Assembly: GCA_041697335.1 (NCBI GenBank)
Contig: JBGUGD010000009.1
Span: forward strand, 1-64,000
Length of the DNA: 64,000 nt
Source of the DNA: Vampirovibrionaceae bacterium NZW_1234
GTDB lineage: Bacteria; Cyanobacteriota; Vampirovibrionia; Vampirovibrionales; JAGQHJ01
Direction of reading: 5' to 3'
Part shown: piece by piece, positions 48,378 to 57,633 of the stretch
Position numbering within the stretch: the first letter of the stretch is position 1
Layout of the letters: each line of letters begins with the position of its first letter
The notes under the pieces: model-generated
The model's input: only the letters and a program-made list of their open reading frames with translations
Databases searched by the model: none
Told to the model about the DNA's origin: nothing
Program-made: the position numbers and the translations under genes

Positions 48378-50054
48378 CTAGTACTGCGGCGGTGGAGCCG
48401 GTGTCGGCGTCGGACTCGGTGAGGGTCCTGGCGTCGGCGATGGGCTTGGGGACGGCCCAGGGCTCGGCGTCGGGCTAGGACTCGGTGAGGGTCCTGGCGT
48501 CGGTGATGGGCTTGGAGACGGACCAGGGCTCGGTGAGGGTCCTGGCGTCGGTGATGGGCTTGGAGACGGGCCAGGGCTCGGCGAAGGTCCGGGTGCTGGT
48601 GTTGTTCCACCACCACCGCCACCACCGCTTACTGGGGCAGGCGCTGGAGATACGGGTGGGTTCACCGGTGCCGGAGCAGCTACGGGAGTCTCCGCTTCTG
48701 CTTCCGCTGCTTCTTTACGCTTACGGATCAAGTCAATAATCACCAGGACGAGGGCAAACATGGCTCCAGAGTTTTGTTGTGGCGGCTTAGGCTGTGTACC
48801 TCCTGGTTTTGGAGCGCCTGGCTGCTGGCCTTTGATCTTCTCCAAAAGCATCCGGATGAGTTGCGGATCCAGCTGGGGTTGAACAGGGGCAGGCTGTGGC
48901 ATAGGCTGAGGCATGCTTAAACCAGGTGGGATTTGACCTGATGGCCCGGGATTATAGGGAATATAAACGGGCTGGAATAAGACTTGTGGTTGCTGAATTG
49001 GCGGTTGTGTCGGGGCTGGCAATCCCATGATCATGGGAGGTTGCTGACCCATACCAGGCATTCCTGGAAAACCGCCCATTGGTGGCTGTTGACCGAATCC
49101 TGGCATTGGGGGGAAACCGCCTGCCATGGGAGGTTGCTGGCCGAAGCCTGGAACCTGTGGAAATCCACCTAAGGCGGGTTGCTGACCAAATCCGGGAACT
49201 CCTGGGAATCCGCCACCCATCGGAGGCTGACCCATACCGGGCATACCTGGGAATCCACCACCCATTGGAGGCTGGCCCATGCCTGGGAATCCACCGCCCA
49301 TCGGGGGCTGGCCCATGCCAGGGAATCCGCCACCCATCGGGGGTTGACCCATGCCAGGGAATCCACCGCCCATCGGGGGTTGACCCATGCCTGGGAATTC
49401 ACCACCCATTGGAGGCTGGCCCATGCCAGGGAATCCGCCACCCATTGGAGGCTGGCCCATGCCAGGGAATCCACCGCCCATCGGGGGTTGACCCATGCCT
49501 GGGAATCCGCCACCCATCGGAGGCTGCTGACCTAGACCTGGGAATCCACCGCCCATCGGGGGCTGCTGACCTAGACCTGGGAATCCACCGCCCATCGGGG
49601 GCTGCTGACCCATGCCTGGGAATCCACCACCCATCGGAGGCTGGCCCATACCTGGGAATCCGCCACCCATCATGGGAGGTTGCTGTTGTTGTGGTGGTGG
49701 GAAGAAACTACCGCTGCCCATAGGAGGTTGCTGCTGCATGGGCGGGAAGAAACTACCACTGCCCATACCCGGTTGCTGCATGCCTCCGAGGCCAAGACCG
49801 GACATGCTTGGGAAACCGCCACCAAAGAAGGTGGGATTCTCAAACGTTTGTAATGTGGTTGGTGCCTGGTAGTTGGTCCCGAAATCCGGGAGGTACTGCA
49901 TCGCACCAGGACCATTATTTAAGGCAATATTTAAACCAATATTTAAATTCTGCTCATTCCCGTAACCTGACACATCACCATAAAAGGTACCCGTGTTCAC
50001 CTGATTCATGTTTATGGGAGGGGAGAAAGAAATATTGTTGACGTAAGATCCCAT
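48378..50054 (-). CDS. 558-aa Pro/Gly/Met-rich tandem-repeat protein with hydrophobic segment and Ser-Pro tail
   Basis: SD AGGAG. Repeats show synonymous codon variation, which supports coding in this frame. Confidence 0.8.
   Translation of the reverse strand: MGSYVNNISFSPPINMNQVNTGTFYGDVSGYGNEQNLNIGLNIALNNGPGAMQYLPDFGTNYQAPTTLQTFENPTFFGGGFPSMSGLGLGGMQQPGMGSGSFFPPMQQQPPMGSGSFFPPPQQQQPPMMGGGFPGMGQPPMGGGFPGMGQQPPMGGGFPGLGQQPPMGGGFPGLGQQPPMGGGFPGMGQPPMGGGFPGMGQPPMGGGFPGMGQPPMGGEFPGMGQPPMGGGFPGMGQPPMGGGFPGMGQPPMGGGFPGMGQPPMGGGFPGMPGMGQPPMGGGFPGVPGFGQQPALGGFPQVPGFGQQPPMAGGFPPMPGFGQQPPMGGFPGMPGMGQQPPMIMGLPAPTQPPIQQPQVLFQPVYIPYNPGPSGQIPPGLSMPQPMPQPAPVQPQLDPQLIRMLLEKIKGQQPGAPKPGGTQPKPPQQNSGAMFALVLVIIDLIRKRKEAAEAEAETPVAAPAPVNPPVSPAPAPVSGGGGGGGTTPAPGPSPSPGPSPSPSPTPGPSPSPGPSPSPSPTPGPSPSPSPTPSPGPSPSPSPTPGPSPSPTPTPAPPPQY
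48390..48600 (-). repeat. [12 protein letters not shown] repeat tract
   Basis: Includes two near-identical 48-nt units at about 48481-48576. Confidence 0.88.
49030..49690 (-). repeat. 36/39-nt tandem repeat (GQ[Q]PPMGGGFPG[M/L])
   Basis: About 13 near-perfect and about 4 degenerate units, read directly. Confidence 0.92.
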
Positions 50055-50251
50055 GATCTACTCCTAACTCTCTTATCTTCTCTGTGTGACAACACAAGGT
50101 CTAACTCTCTTATGAATATAAAAACAATATTTATGAGTCTTGTGATATTTCGTAAACATTTATTACACATGGAGGCAGAACACGCACGGCGAAAAGCTTA
50201 GCGCTGATCGGTCATTGACTATGATCAAACAGATGCGAGAGAAATCGCGAT

Positions 50252-51760
50252 TTAAACGTTCACGAAACGGGTTTGGGTTTGCCCTTGTAATGCTTTAAAG
50301 GGGCTGTTTTGAGCAGTCATTTGAAAGCTTCCCAACGGGGAGGGTTGAGGTTTTACAGGGGCTGGTTTTTTCATGTCGTTTTTGAATTTCTCGGGCACCG
50401 GGCCGCGAATACGAGTCAGGAACATAAAGGCCGTGCTGGCGACAAATGCACTGAGGGCAGCAAAACCGGTTAATGCAAAGGATCCGAGATAGCCAAGCCG
50501 CTGAACGAAGGGTAACTTGCTGACCAGCATAAAGGTGGCAGCTGCGGGAATAATACCCAGATACGCCGGGGCAATCATTTCACGTGACGTCCCGCGCTCT
50601 TTCACCAGTTGACGCTGGTAGGGTTGCAGGAACTTGGCGTCAAAGGTGTTGGCCAACAGACCGTACATCAGGAAGACGCCGATGATGCTGATAGGCAGCT
50701 TCAACCAGAAGCCACTGCCTTCAAAGACTTTGGCCAATTTCACCATCTTCAGTTTGCTGGCGCCCAACTCCTTGAATAAATTGGCTGTGGCGGGCGAAAC
50801 CTGTTTTTCATGGCGAAACAGCGGAAAGATGATGTGCTTGTTGACTTCCTGCACCAGTTGTTCCGGTGTGTAGTTGGGTCCCTTGAAGAACTTGCGGAGC
50901 CAGCCGATGGGATTGCGGGTAAATTTATAGGAGTCGCCTTTAATGTAACGGACCAGTTGAACGTCGTTCATGGAAGCCAGTTTTTTAATGAAGGTGCTGT
51001 TCTTTGTGGCCGGATGTTTCGCCAGCATGTTAAGGCGGCGGCGTAGGGATTGCAATGCGTTATCACTGGCTTCTTTCAATATTTTGGCACTATCTTGCTG
51101 GTTTTTTCCCTTGAGGGATTTCCGGACATTGCTCATGACCTGACTTTCATCCAGCTTGTTGAACAGGCTGAAATACCGCTCTTGGCGCCCCAGGTGCTTT
51201 TTCAGCAACCTGGCTTCTTCCTTGGACAGATTCAAATGTTTATCAATGTACTGTGGGGTGTTCATGATCCGGCGCAGATGTTTGGCCAGATCCTGGGTTG
51301 CCGTGATTTCTTTTTTAATTTCCTTGTGCAGGGCGCGGTTCTTGGGAGAGTATTGCACTGCTTCTTTCAGCTTGGCTTGTAGCGCCGGGATGTCACTGGT
51401 TTCCAAAAGATCGGGAACCATATAGTAACTGCGCGAACTGACAATACTCCCCATCATTTTGCCTCGCAGGCTCTTGGGGACTTCTTTCAGGCCAAGCTTG
51501 TCCAGTTCCAGGAATTTCATAAACTGGGGCATGACATAGATCTTTTCCGCCCAACGGTAAGTGCATTCCATGACATAGGCATTGGCCCAGGGCATAAACG
51601 TATCCCGCCACAGGTAGTCGATTTTCCGATCGTTGGGGACGGCTTGGGGCATGCCGAAATCTTCGGACGACACCCGGGCAATGCCTCGGATATAGGAACC
51701 AAAGTTCCCCATCTGGGTCAGAATACGGCCAGCCATAACCGGGTTTACGAGGAAGTTCAT
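50252..51760 (-). CDS. Basic membrane protein of unknown function, about 3 C-terminal TM segments
   Basis: 502-aa ORF. ATGA overlap with the upstream gene. Confidence 0.75.
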   Translation of the reverse strand: MNFLVNPVMAGRILTQMGNFGSYIRGIARVSSEDFGMPQAVPNDRKIDYLWRDTFMPWANAYVMECTYRWAEKIYVMPQFMKFLELDKLGLKEVPKSLRGKMMGSIVSSRSYYMVPDLLETSDIPALQAKLKEAVQYSPKNRALHKEIKKEITATQDLAKHLRRIMNTPQYIDKHLNLSKEEARLLKKHLGRQERYFSLFNKLDESQVMSNVRKSLKGKNQQDSAKILKEASDNALQSLRRRLNMLAKHPATKNSTFIKKLASMNDVQLVRYIKGDSYKFTRNPIGWLRKFFKGPNYTPEQLVQEVNKHIIFPLFRHEKQVSPATANLFKELGASKLKMVKLAKVFEGSGFWLKLPISIIGVFLMYGLLANTFDAKFLQPYQRQLVKERGTSREMIAPAYLGIIPAAATFMLVSKLPFVQRLGYLGSFALTGFAALSAFVASTAFMFLTRIRGPVPEKFKNDMKKPAPVKPQPSPLGSFQMTAQNSPFKALQGQTQTRFVNV

Positions 51761-52890
51761 GCGTTAACCCTCCGCCCGGTTGGGACCGATTGAATGAGCG
51801 AATTCATACGCTTCTGGAAGCCCGTGGCATCATCGTCATCATCACCGGTTTTGGGTTTGAGCTTGGTCTTGGGTACCAGGTGCTTATCCAGAGGGGCGAT
51901 AAACATAAAGACCAGCTTTTGCAGGAAGACGCCGACAACAACGGCCATCAGGAGTGCGGCAGCCATAACCGACATGATTTTGGTGGACGAGATCCGTTTG
52001 GAAATCTGCTCAATGCTATCGATTTTACGAATCAAATTCTTTTGCCAACCTTTCTTTCGGGCAGCCTGGAGTAACTGATCCTCGGCACTGAGTCCGCCCG
52101 TCAACAGGCCGGTCAACTTCGAGGGATTCTTCCAGAAATACGTGATCCGATTCATCAAGCCTTGCGGTGCCGGATTGATTTTCGGGCGATTTTTATCGGT
52201 AAAGAGTTTATTGATGAGGGAATTTTTGTAGACAATCAGCTTGTTCTGTTCATTCACATCAATTTTGGACCATAAGGCTTTTTCGGCTGCTTTCGCCAGT
52301 TCAGCGGAACGTTTTGCCGGGTCTCCGCTTAGTTTAACGCCCAAGGGGCTCAGATTGATTCCGGCTTCTTGGGCGATGGCAAGATAATTGGCGGTGGGAC
52401 GCATCGAGTTGACGGTGGTTAACAAGAACTGCTTGGGGTGTTTCACGAAATACATCAGGCGGTACATGGGATTGTTCTTCATTCGAAGCAGTTCTGCCTG
52501 GGGCACAATAGTATTCACCGGGACACGGGGCTTCATAAACTGATTAAACCCGGGGTTAAAGCCGTATTTGTCGTGCTTACCGACCAGCGTTACACCCAGC
52601 ATGCCAAGCCAGATGACGATGTTCCGGCCCCACGTTTCAAAGGGGTGCTGGCGGTACTTGATGGCCATAATGCCTTGAGGAATGTAGATGGTCCAGACCA
52701 TCAGGCGGTTTGAAAAATCTTCGATGGACATCCCGCCCACGTTCACATTGACGGGCTGGGGCAATTTCTGGAATAACCAGTCCGAAAGTCCTGCGGAGAA
52801 ACGCGTATGAGTGGCTTGCTGTGGCTGTGGCCGAAGCGCATGTCCCCCTTTGGTGTTATTTCCCGGTAAGGTAATACCCCGTGTTAGCAT
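51757..52890 (-). CDS. Basic membrane protein of unknown function with RFS leader
   Basis: 377-aa ORF with hydrophobic segments near both ends. Confidence 0.75.
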   Translation of the reverse strand: MLTRGITLPGNNTKGGHALRPQPQQATHTRFSAGLSDWLFQKLPQPVNVNVGGMSIEDFSNRLMVWTIYIPQGIMAIKYRQHPFETWGRNIVIWLGMLGVTLVGKHDKYGFNPGFNQFMKPRVPVNTIVPQAELLRMKNNPMYRLMYFVKHPKQFLLTTVNSMRPTANYLAIAQEAGINLSPLGVKLSGDPAKRSAELAKAAEKALWSKIDVNEQNKLIVYKNSLINKLFTDKNRPKINPAPQGLMNRITYFWKNPSKLTGLLTGGLSAEDQLLQAARKKGWQKNLIRKIDSIEQISKRISSTKIMSVMAAALLMAVVVGVFLQKLVFMFIAPLDKHLVPKTKLKPKTGDDDDDATGFQKRMNSLIQSVPTGRRVNA

Positions 52891-53147
52891 AGAATAGCCT
52901 GTACTCTGTCAGTGTTATCTTGCTCTTATACAGGTAAAAACAGAACAAAGAAAAAATTGTCCTGAACGGGGAGTATTATCCCAAGAAGGAAGGCTTTCCA
53001 AAAGTAAATTTCCGTAAAGTCCTTGTGCCCCAAGGGTATTGCCATGTTAAGCTGTTGCCATAAAACTGCCACATTGGCATTTTATGACAACAGCACCGTA
53101 AATCGGATGGGAGATAGGCACCTTGCCCAGAGGCGAATGGGGAAATC

Positions 53148-53423
53148 CTAGTTTCGTTGGGTTGGAATGTAATAGGTTTTGGAACGAGTTTGCGCCAATT
53201 CGGCGTTGACCATATCGGAAATCAACCCCAGGCTTTTGATAAATGTCGTGGACGTTGCAACCACCACCAGGATAAAGGACAGAAAAGCCAGATCCGTTGG
53301 CGGATGAAAACCCAGGGAAAAGGGATTCACATGAATGAAGGTCATGGCAATGTAGGTATAAAAGAAAATAATAAATGTGCCGTAGGTAATGTCCAAGACC
53401 AGACTAATGAGTTTCGGAATCAC
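53148..53423 (-). CDS. Small two-TM membrane protein
   Basis: GTG start with SD AGGAGG. Two hydrophobic helices. Confidence 0.65.
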   Translation of the reverse strand: MIPKLISLVLDITYGTFIIFFYTYIAMTFIHVNPFSLGFHPPTDLAFLSFILVVVATSTTFIKSLGLISDMVNAELAQTRSKTYYIPTQRN

Positions 53424-53515
53424 AAGCAGCCTCCTGAAAACAGATCGCTATCCTCGAACAACGCATCAAGAAACGCCAGGTACATCCATGTACCGACAAG
53501 TATAGCTTTGGGACT

Positions 53516-53736
53516 GAAGAACAACCTTGGCGTACTGCTCATATACCTCCGTTTCTGGAAAATCAAACGTGGGACACCCCCCTCATGTCATGAAAATTCA
53601 CATGCAACTTCCCGGACTGGGCAGCGTCATGGATGACATCGCTTCACCGAGCTGTCCTGACGTTCGGGTTAGCCCATCTGTGGCTCCCGACCCAAGGGGG
53701 CGGAGTGTGGTAAAATGCAAGCAGCGGTTGTCCTTC
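53516..53736 (-). ncRNA. ssrS: Rod-shaped structured RNA, probably 6S RNA
   Basis: Manual fold: terminal stem GAAGGACAACC/GGTTGTTCTTC, then GCTGCTTG/TGAGCAGT, a central bubble, and a long apical stem. Many G-U pairs fix the strand. Confidence 0.55.
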
Positions 53737-53878
53737 TTACCTGAAGGCAAAAATAAGTCATCATTTCCTGACCGCATTGACAGAGGTAGAATAGATCCCG
53801 GGTTGGTTTTCCGTCTCACCCTAGCCCGTTGCAGACTGGAACCTGTCGCAGAATAGAAATATGAAGAAAGAGCCTTTT

Positions 53879-55021
53879 ATGACCACAACCTTGCCTAGAC
53901 ATCGTTCATTCCTATTAAGCGCATTGTTTGCCGTATCCCTGTTTCTGACGCCTGCCGCATTGGCAGAGGCTCCTTCTCTACCTGCGACCTCTCACGCTTG
54001 CACCAAGGACATCACCGTCTATTTACCGGAAGCTATTCCTATTGTAGGTGTCGATCCTCAGTCGCAACAGGCCAAAGATCTGGTTCATGTCTACAATGAT
54101 CTGCTGAAAGCTTCCAACGAGCACAATATTACCGAAATCTTGAAGCTGTACAATCCCAAGTTCATCAGCGGCGACAACCTGAACCTGGAACAGCTGAAAA
54201 GTATGATTCAGGAAACCTGGCAATCCTATCCGGGGATCTGCTATCAGTCCAAGCCGCTTGAAATTCGTGTTCATGGCGATTGGGCCACTATCGAGAGCCT
54301 GGATCACTCCTATGCGACGGCTCCGCCGGATAAAGACGTGATCAACGTACCCGGTAAAATGGTCAGTCATTCCCGCAGTCAACTCTTTCTGCGACGCATC
54401 GGCAGCAGCTGGGAAATTATGAGTGACGCGACCATTTGGGAAGAAGCCACCATCCGCTACGGTCTGGCCGATGACCTGAAAATCGTGTTATCGGCGCCTG
54501 AACAGGTGAAAGCCGGTGAAACCTACTCTGCAACCATTCAAGCCAACCTGCCGGAAGGCACCTTTACCCTGGCCACCATCGATAACGAGCCGACGATATA
54601 CCCGCACCAGAAAATTGATGACAAGTTCCGGGCCTTGAACAATGAAACCAACCAACTTCAGCGGGTGCTTCGTGCCAATACCACAAACCACAACGAAATT
54701 GTCACGGCTACCCTTGGTTTAACCACGGTGGAGCAATCCAACCCCGAACGCCCTTCGCTTTCCCTCAGCGGGATTGCGACCATCGTGAAGCGGGTCAATG
54801 TGGTTCCCATCTCGGCGGAAGACGTTATGGCCGAAATGAAAAAACAGGAACTGGTCCGGACCTCGGCCAATGGGAAGTTTAACTTCAGCGATCAGACCTC
54901 GTCACCCAACAATGCCAACAATGTCGCTCCCAAAACCCCAGTGAATGGAAGTCTGGAAGTCCAGCCTCTGGAGAGTTCTCCTGCAAAAAACGGCAGGTCG
55001 GAAGAGGACGCTGAAGACTAG
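53879..55021 (+). CDS. Secreted NTF2/SnoaL-like fold protein
   Basis: Signal peptide ending ALA, ASNEHN..ILKLY...FISGD, LSAPEQVKAGETY. Resembles a conserved cyanobacterial-type family. Confidence 0.7.
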   Translation: MTTTLPRHRSFLLSALFAVSLFLTPAALAEAPSLPATSHACTKDITVYLPEAIPIVGVDPQSQQAKDLVHVYNDLLKASNEHNITEILKLYNPKFISGDNLNLEQLKSMIQETWQSYPGICYQSKPLEIRVHGDWATIESLDHSYATAPPDKDVINVPGKMVSHSRSQLFLRRIGSSWEIMSDATIWEEATIRYGLADDLKIVLSAPEQVKAGETYSATIQANLPEGTFTLATIDNEPTIYPHQKIDDKFRALNNETNQLQRVLRANTTNHNEIVTATLGLTTVEQSNPERPSLSLSGIATIVKRVNVVPISAEDVMAEMKKQELVRTSANGKFNFSDQTSSPNNANNVAPKTPVNGSLEVQPLESSPAKNGRSEEDAED

Positions 55022-55024
55022 TCA

Positions 55025-55540
55025 ATGTCCCAGAGCCCGGTAAATCTCAAGGTGAAGCTCAAGCCAACCATTCGTCACGACCACTGGATTTCCTTCGGTT
55101 TTGCTGCCCTGGTCTATGGTCTGGACGCCCTGTCCAAGGCCTGGATCATTCGGGCCCTGCAGGCCGGGGAGAGCCAGCCTGTGATTCCGGGGATTTTTCA
55201 CATCACCCGGGTTCATAATACCGGCGCCGCCTTTAGTATGTTTTACGAGCATCCCGAAGTCCTGACGTTGGTCTCAGGGCTTCTGCTGGTTGCATTTCTG
55301 GGCTACATGCTTACCAAACCCAAGCTTAGCCGGGCGGAGATTATGGGATTCGGCTTTGTCATCGGCGGGGCCTTTGGCAATCTCATGGATCGCATTCGCC
55401 TGGGGGCGGTGACGGACTTTCTCGATGTGGTTGCCATTCGGTATCCCGTGTTTAATTTGGCCGACGCCTTTATTTTGATGGGCGTCGTGGTGTTAATGGT
55501 CGCGTATGTCAAACAGTTCAATCAATCTGCTTGTCGCTGA
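55025..55540 (+). CDS. lspA: Lipoprotein signal peptidase II
   Basis: NTGAAFS, GGAFGNLMDR, VTDF, FNLAD. Confidence 0.96.
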   Translation: MSQSPVNLKVKLKPTIRHDHWISFGFAALVYGLDALSKAWIIRALQAGESQPVIPGIFHITRVHNTGAAFSMFYEHPEVLTLVSGLLLVAFLGYMLTKPKLSRAEIMGFGFVIGGAFGNLMDRIRLGAVTDFLDVVAIRYPVFNLADAFILMGVVVLMVAYVKQFNQSACR

Positions 55541-56447
55541 GGATGCCGACGGCGAACGGGTCGATCGGTTTTTGGCCGAAAGCCTGCCTCAGTATTCCCG
55601 AGAATATCTCAAGCAACTGATTTCCCAGGACTGCCTTCAGGTGAACGGCAAGACGGTCACCAAACCGGCTTTTGCCCTGACCGAAGGCCAGGAGTTGACG
55701 CTGTCGGTTCCGGAGCTCAAGCCGCTGACGCTTTCTCCTGAGGAGATTCCGGTGGAGATAATCTTCGAGGACGAGCACCTGCTGGTGGTGAACAAGCCCT
55801 CGGGAATGTTGACCCATCCTTCGGGCAAAGAATTGACCGGGACATTGGTCAATGCCCTGCTGCATCATTGTCATGGGCAATTGTCTGGGATCAACGGCAT
55901 TGAGCGCCCTGGGATTGTTCATCGCCTGGATCGCCAGACCTCGGGATTGTTGATGGTGGCCAAGAACGACATCGCACACAGGGGCCTTCAGGATCAACTT
56001 CGAGATCGCACGGCCAAGCGTCAGTACCGGGCGATTGTTCAGGGGGAAATGCCCGAGCTTCAAGGCGTGGTGAATGCTCCTATCGATCGAAACCCTCAGA
56101 AACGGGACAAGATGGCGGTGATGCCTGGCGGACGATCCGCCGTCACCCATTGGGAAGTTACGGACCCGATTGGTCGCAAGATGACGGTGCTTCGGCTGAC
56201 GCTGGAAACCGGGCGAACCCATCAGATCCGGGTACACATGGCCCATATCGGGCATCCGGTTTTTGCCGATCCGCTCTACGGGTCCGGCTTGGAGAAGCAG
56301 CTCAAGTACAAATGCGATGGCCAGATTTTACAGGCCTTTCGTTTGCAGTTTACCCATCCCGTCAGTGGCGAGGCAATGAGCTTTGAGATTCCGCCGGACG
56401 ACAAATTCCTTCAGGCATGGGCCTTTCTGGATGCATGGATTCAATAA
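55506..56447 (+). CDS. rluD: RluA family 23S rRNA pseudouridine synthase with S4 domain
   Basis: RVDRFL, VNKPSG, VHRLDRQTSG, ETGRTHQIRVH. Confidence 0.92.
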   Translation: MSNSSINLLVAEDADGERVDRFLAESLPQYSREYLKQLISQDCLQVNGKTVTKPAFALTEGQELTLSVPELKPLTLSPEEIPVEIIFEDEHLLVVNKPSGMLTHPSGKELTGTLVNALLHHCHGQLSGINGIERPGIVHRLDRQTSGLLMVAKNDIAHRGLQDQLRDRTAKRQYRAIVQGEMPELQGVVNAPIDRNPQKRDKMAVMPGGRSAVTHWEVTDPIGRKMTVLRLTLETGRTHQIRVHMAHIGHPVFADPLYGSGLEKQLKYKCDGQILQAFRLQFTHPVSGEAMSFEIPPDDKFLQAWAFLDAWIQ

Positions 56448-56509
56448 TGTCCTTTGGGTAAAATGACAGCATCGTCACAGGCAATACTGGCAAGAAAAGG
56501 AAGACCGTC

Positions 56510-56890
56510 ATGGCAATTGCAAAATCGTCGATCTTGACCGGACTGTCCGTTGTATTTGCGGTCGCTGCCGTCCTCTTGGTGGCGCAGAACTGGGCCGGAG
56601 AGATGTCGGTGATGTTTTTGGCCAAGTCCTGGGGGCCTTATCCGCAGGGTCTGGTTCTCCTGAAACTTTTTGCCCTGGGTGCCCTGGCCGGGTTGTGCCT
56701 TTACTGGAACAGCCGCACCCAATACAACCGCGAGATTAAGCACTTTGAACTCCGCCGTGAAAAAGCCGAAGTGAAGGCCGAGGCCTCCACCGATCAGGTC
56801 CGGGTGCTGGAGTCCAAAATTCAAACCCTGGAGAAAGCCTTGGAACAAGCCCTTTCTTCCGGTTCGACAACCAAAAAGGACAGGTCCTAG
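56510..56890 (+). CDS. LapA-like (DUF1049) membrane protein
   Basis: TM-AQN-TM followed by a coiled coil. Confidence 0.6.
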   Translation: MAIAKSSILTGLSVVFAVAAVLLVAQNWAGEMSVMFLAKSWGPYPQGLVLLKLFALGALAGLCLYWNSRTQYNREIKHFELRREKAEVKAEASTDQVRVLESKIQTLEKALEQALSSGSTTKKDRS

Positions 56891-56899
56891 GAAGACGGC

Positions 56900-57604
56900 A
56901 TGAGCCCAGGCAAATACACCACGCTCTTACATCTGGTTGGCCCGGTGGGCAGTGGTAAGTCCACGTTATGTCGGTTATTTCTGGACAGCTTTTCCGATAA
57001 ATCCGTGCTGGTGGTTGATGCCTCCAGCGATCAGCTGTTGTTGCTCAGCTATGGCTTGCAAGCGTCGGTCACGGTGGCGACGTTGATGCAGCAGATGTCC
57101 ATGGGCCCGATGACCCGCGAAGCCGTGGACTGGGCCTTGCAGGATCTGCCGGTGTCCATTGCCGCCGAAGCCGATGCGGAACTTCTGGCCTGGGGTGATG
57201 TGCCGGTGTCGCTGAGCGATGTGCAGCTGGAATTAATGAATTACGCGCTTCCCCGCCTGTTTCGGGAGTATGATGTGGTCATCTGGGATGGTCCCCTGGG
57301 GCTGGTCGAGCAGATCTACCCCAAATCCGAAATTTCAACCCTTCTGGTCATCACGCCCAAGGACGAAGCCTTCTGCCAGGAGGTCCGGGAGACCAATGCC
57401 ATGGTCTTGCTCAGCAAAGCCGAGGCTTCTGATATCCTGCCGCCCACGGCGGTCATGAACATCCAATCGGGTAACTGGAAATTCCTGGGCAAGTTGCCTC
57501 CCCTGTCCCCGCCGGAACGACGCATTCGGGAGCTTCCCCAGTATTTTCAGGACTGCCTGCACAAGTTGGATCTGCCCTTCGAGCTTCGCTCCTCCTCGTT
57601 ATAG
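56900..57604 (+). CDS. Divergent CooC/MinD-like P-loop NTPase
   Basis: GPVGSGKST, VLVVDA, YDVVIWD. Confidence 0.6.
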   Translation: MSPGKYTTLLHLVGPVGSGKSTLCRLFLDSFSDKSVLVVDASSDQLLLLSYGLQASVTVATLMQQMSMGPMTREAVDWALQDLPVSIAAEADAELLAWGDVPVSLSDVQLELMNYALPRLFREYDVVIWDGPLGLVEQIYPKSEISTLLVITPKDEAFCQEVRETNAMVLLSKAEASDILPPTAVMNIQSGNWKFLGKLPPLSPPERRIRELPQYFQDCLHKLDLPFELRSSSL

Positions 57605-57633
57605 TTGTCATTACGGAAAGGATACACGGGTTC

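Noticed and set aside
49030..49690. CRISPR-like 36-nt periodicity
   Set aside because: Units are contiguous with no unique spacers, are in frame, and vary at synonymous sites. This is a coding repeat, and no cas genes are present.
53575..53702. SRP RNA or cobalamin riboswitch reading of the structured region
   Set aside because: It lacks the SRP CAGG-nnn-GRAA-nnn-AGCA helix and the ordered B12-box elements. The full-length rod fits 6S better.
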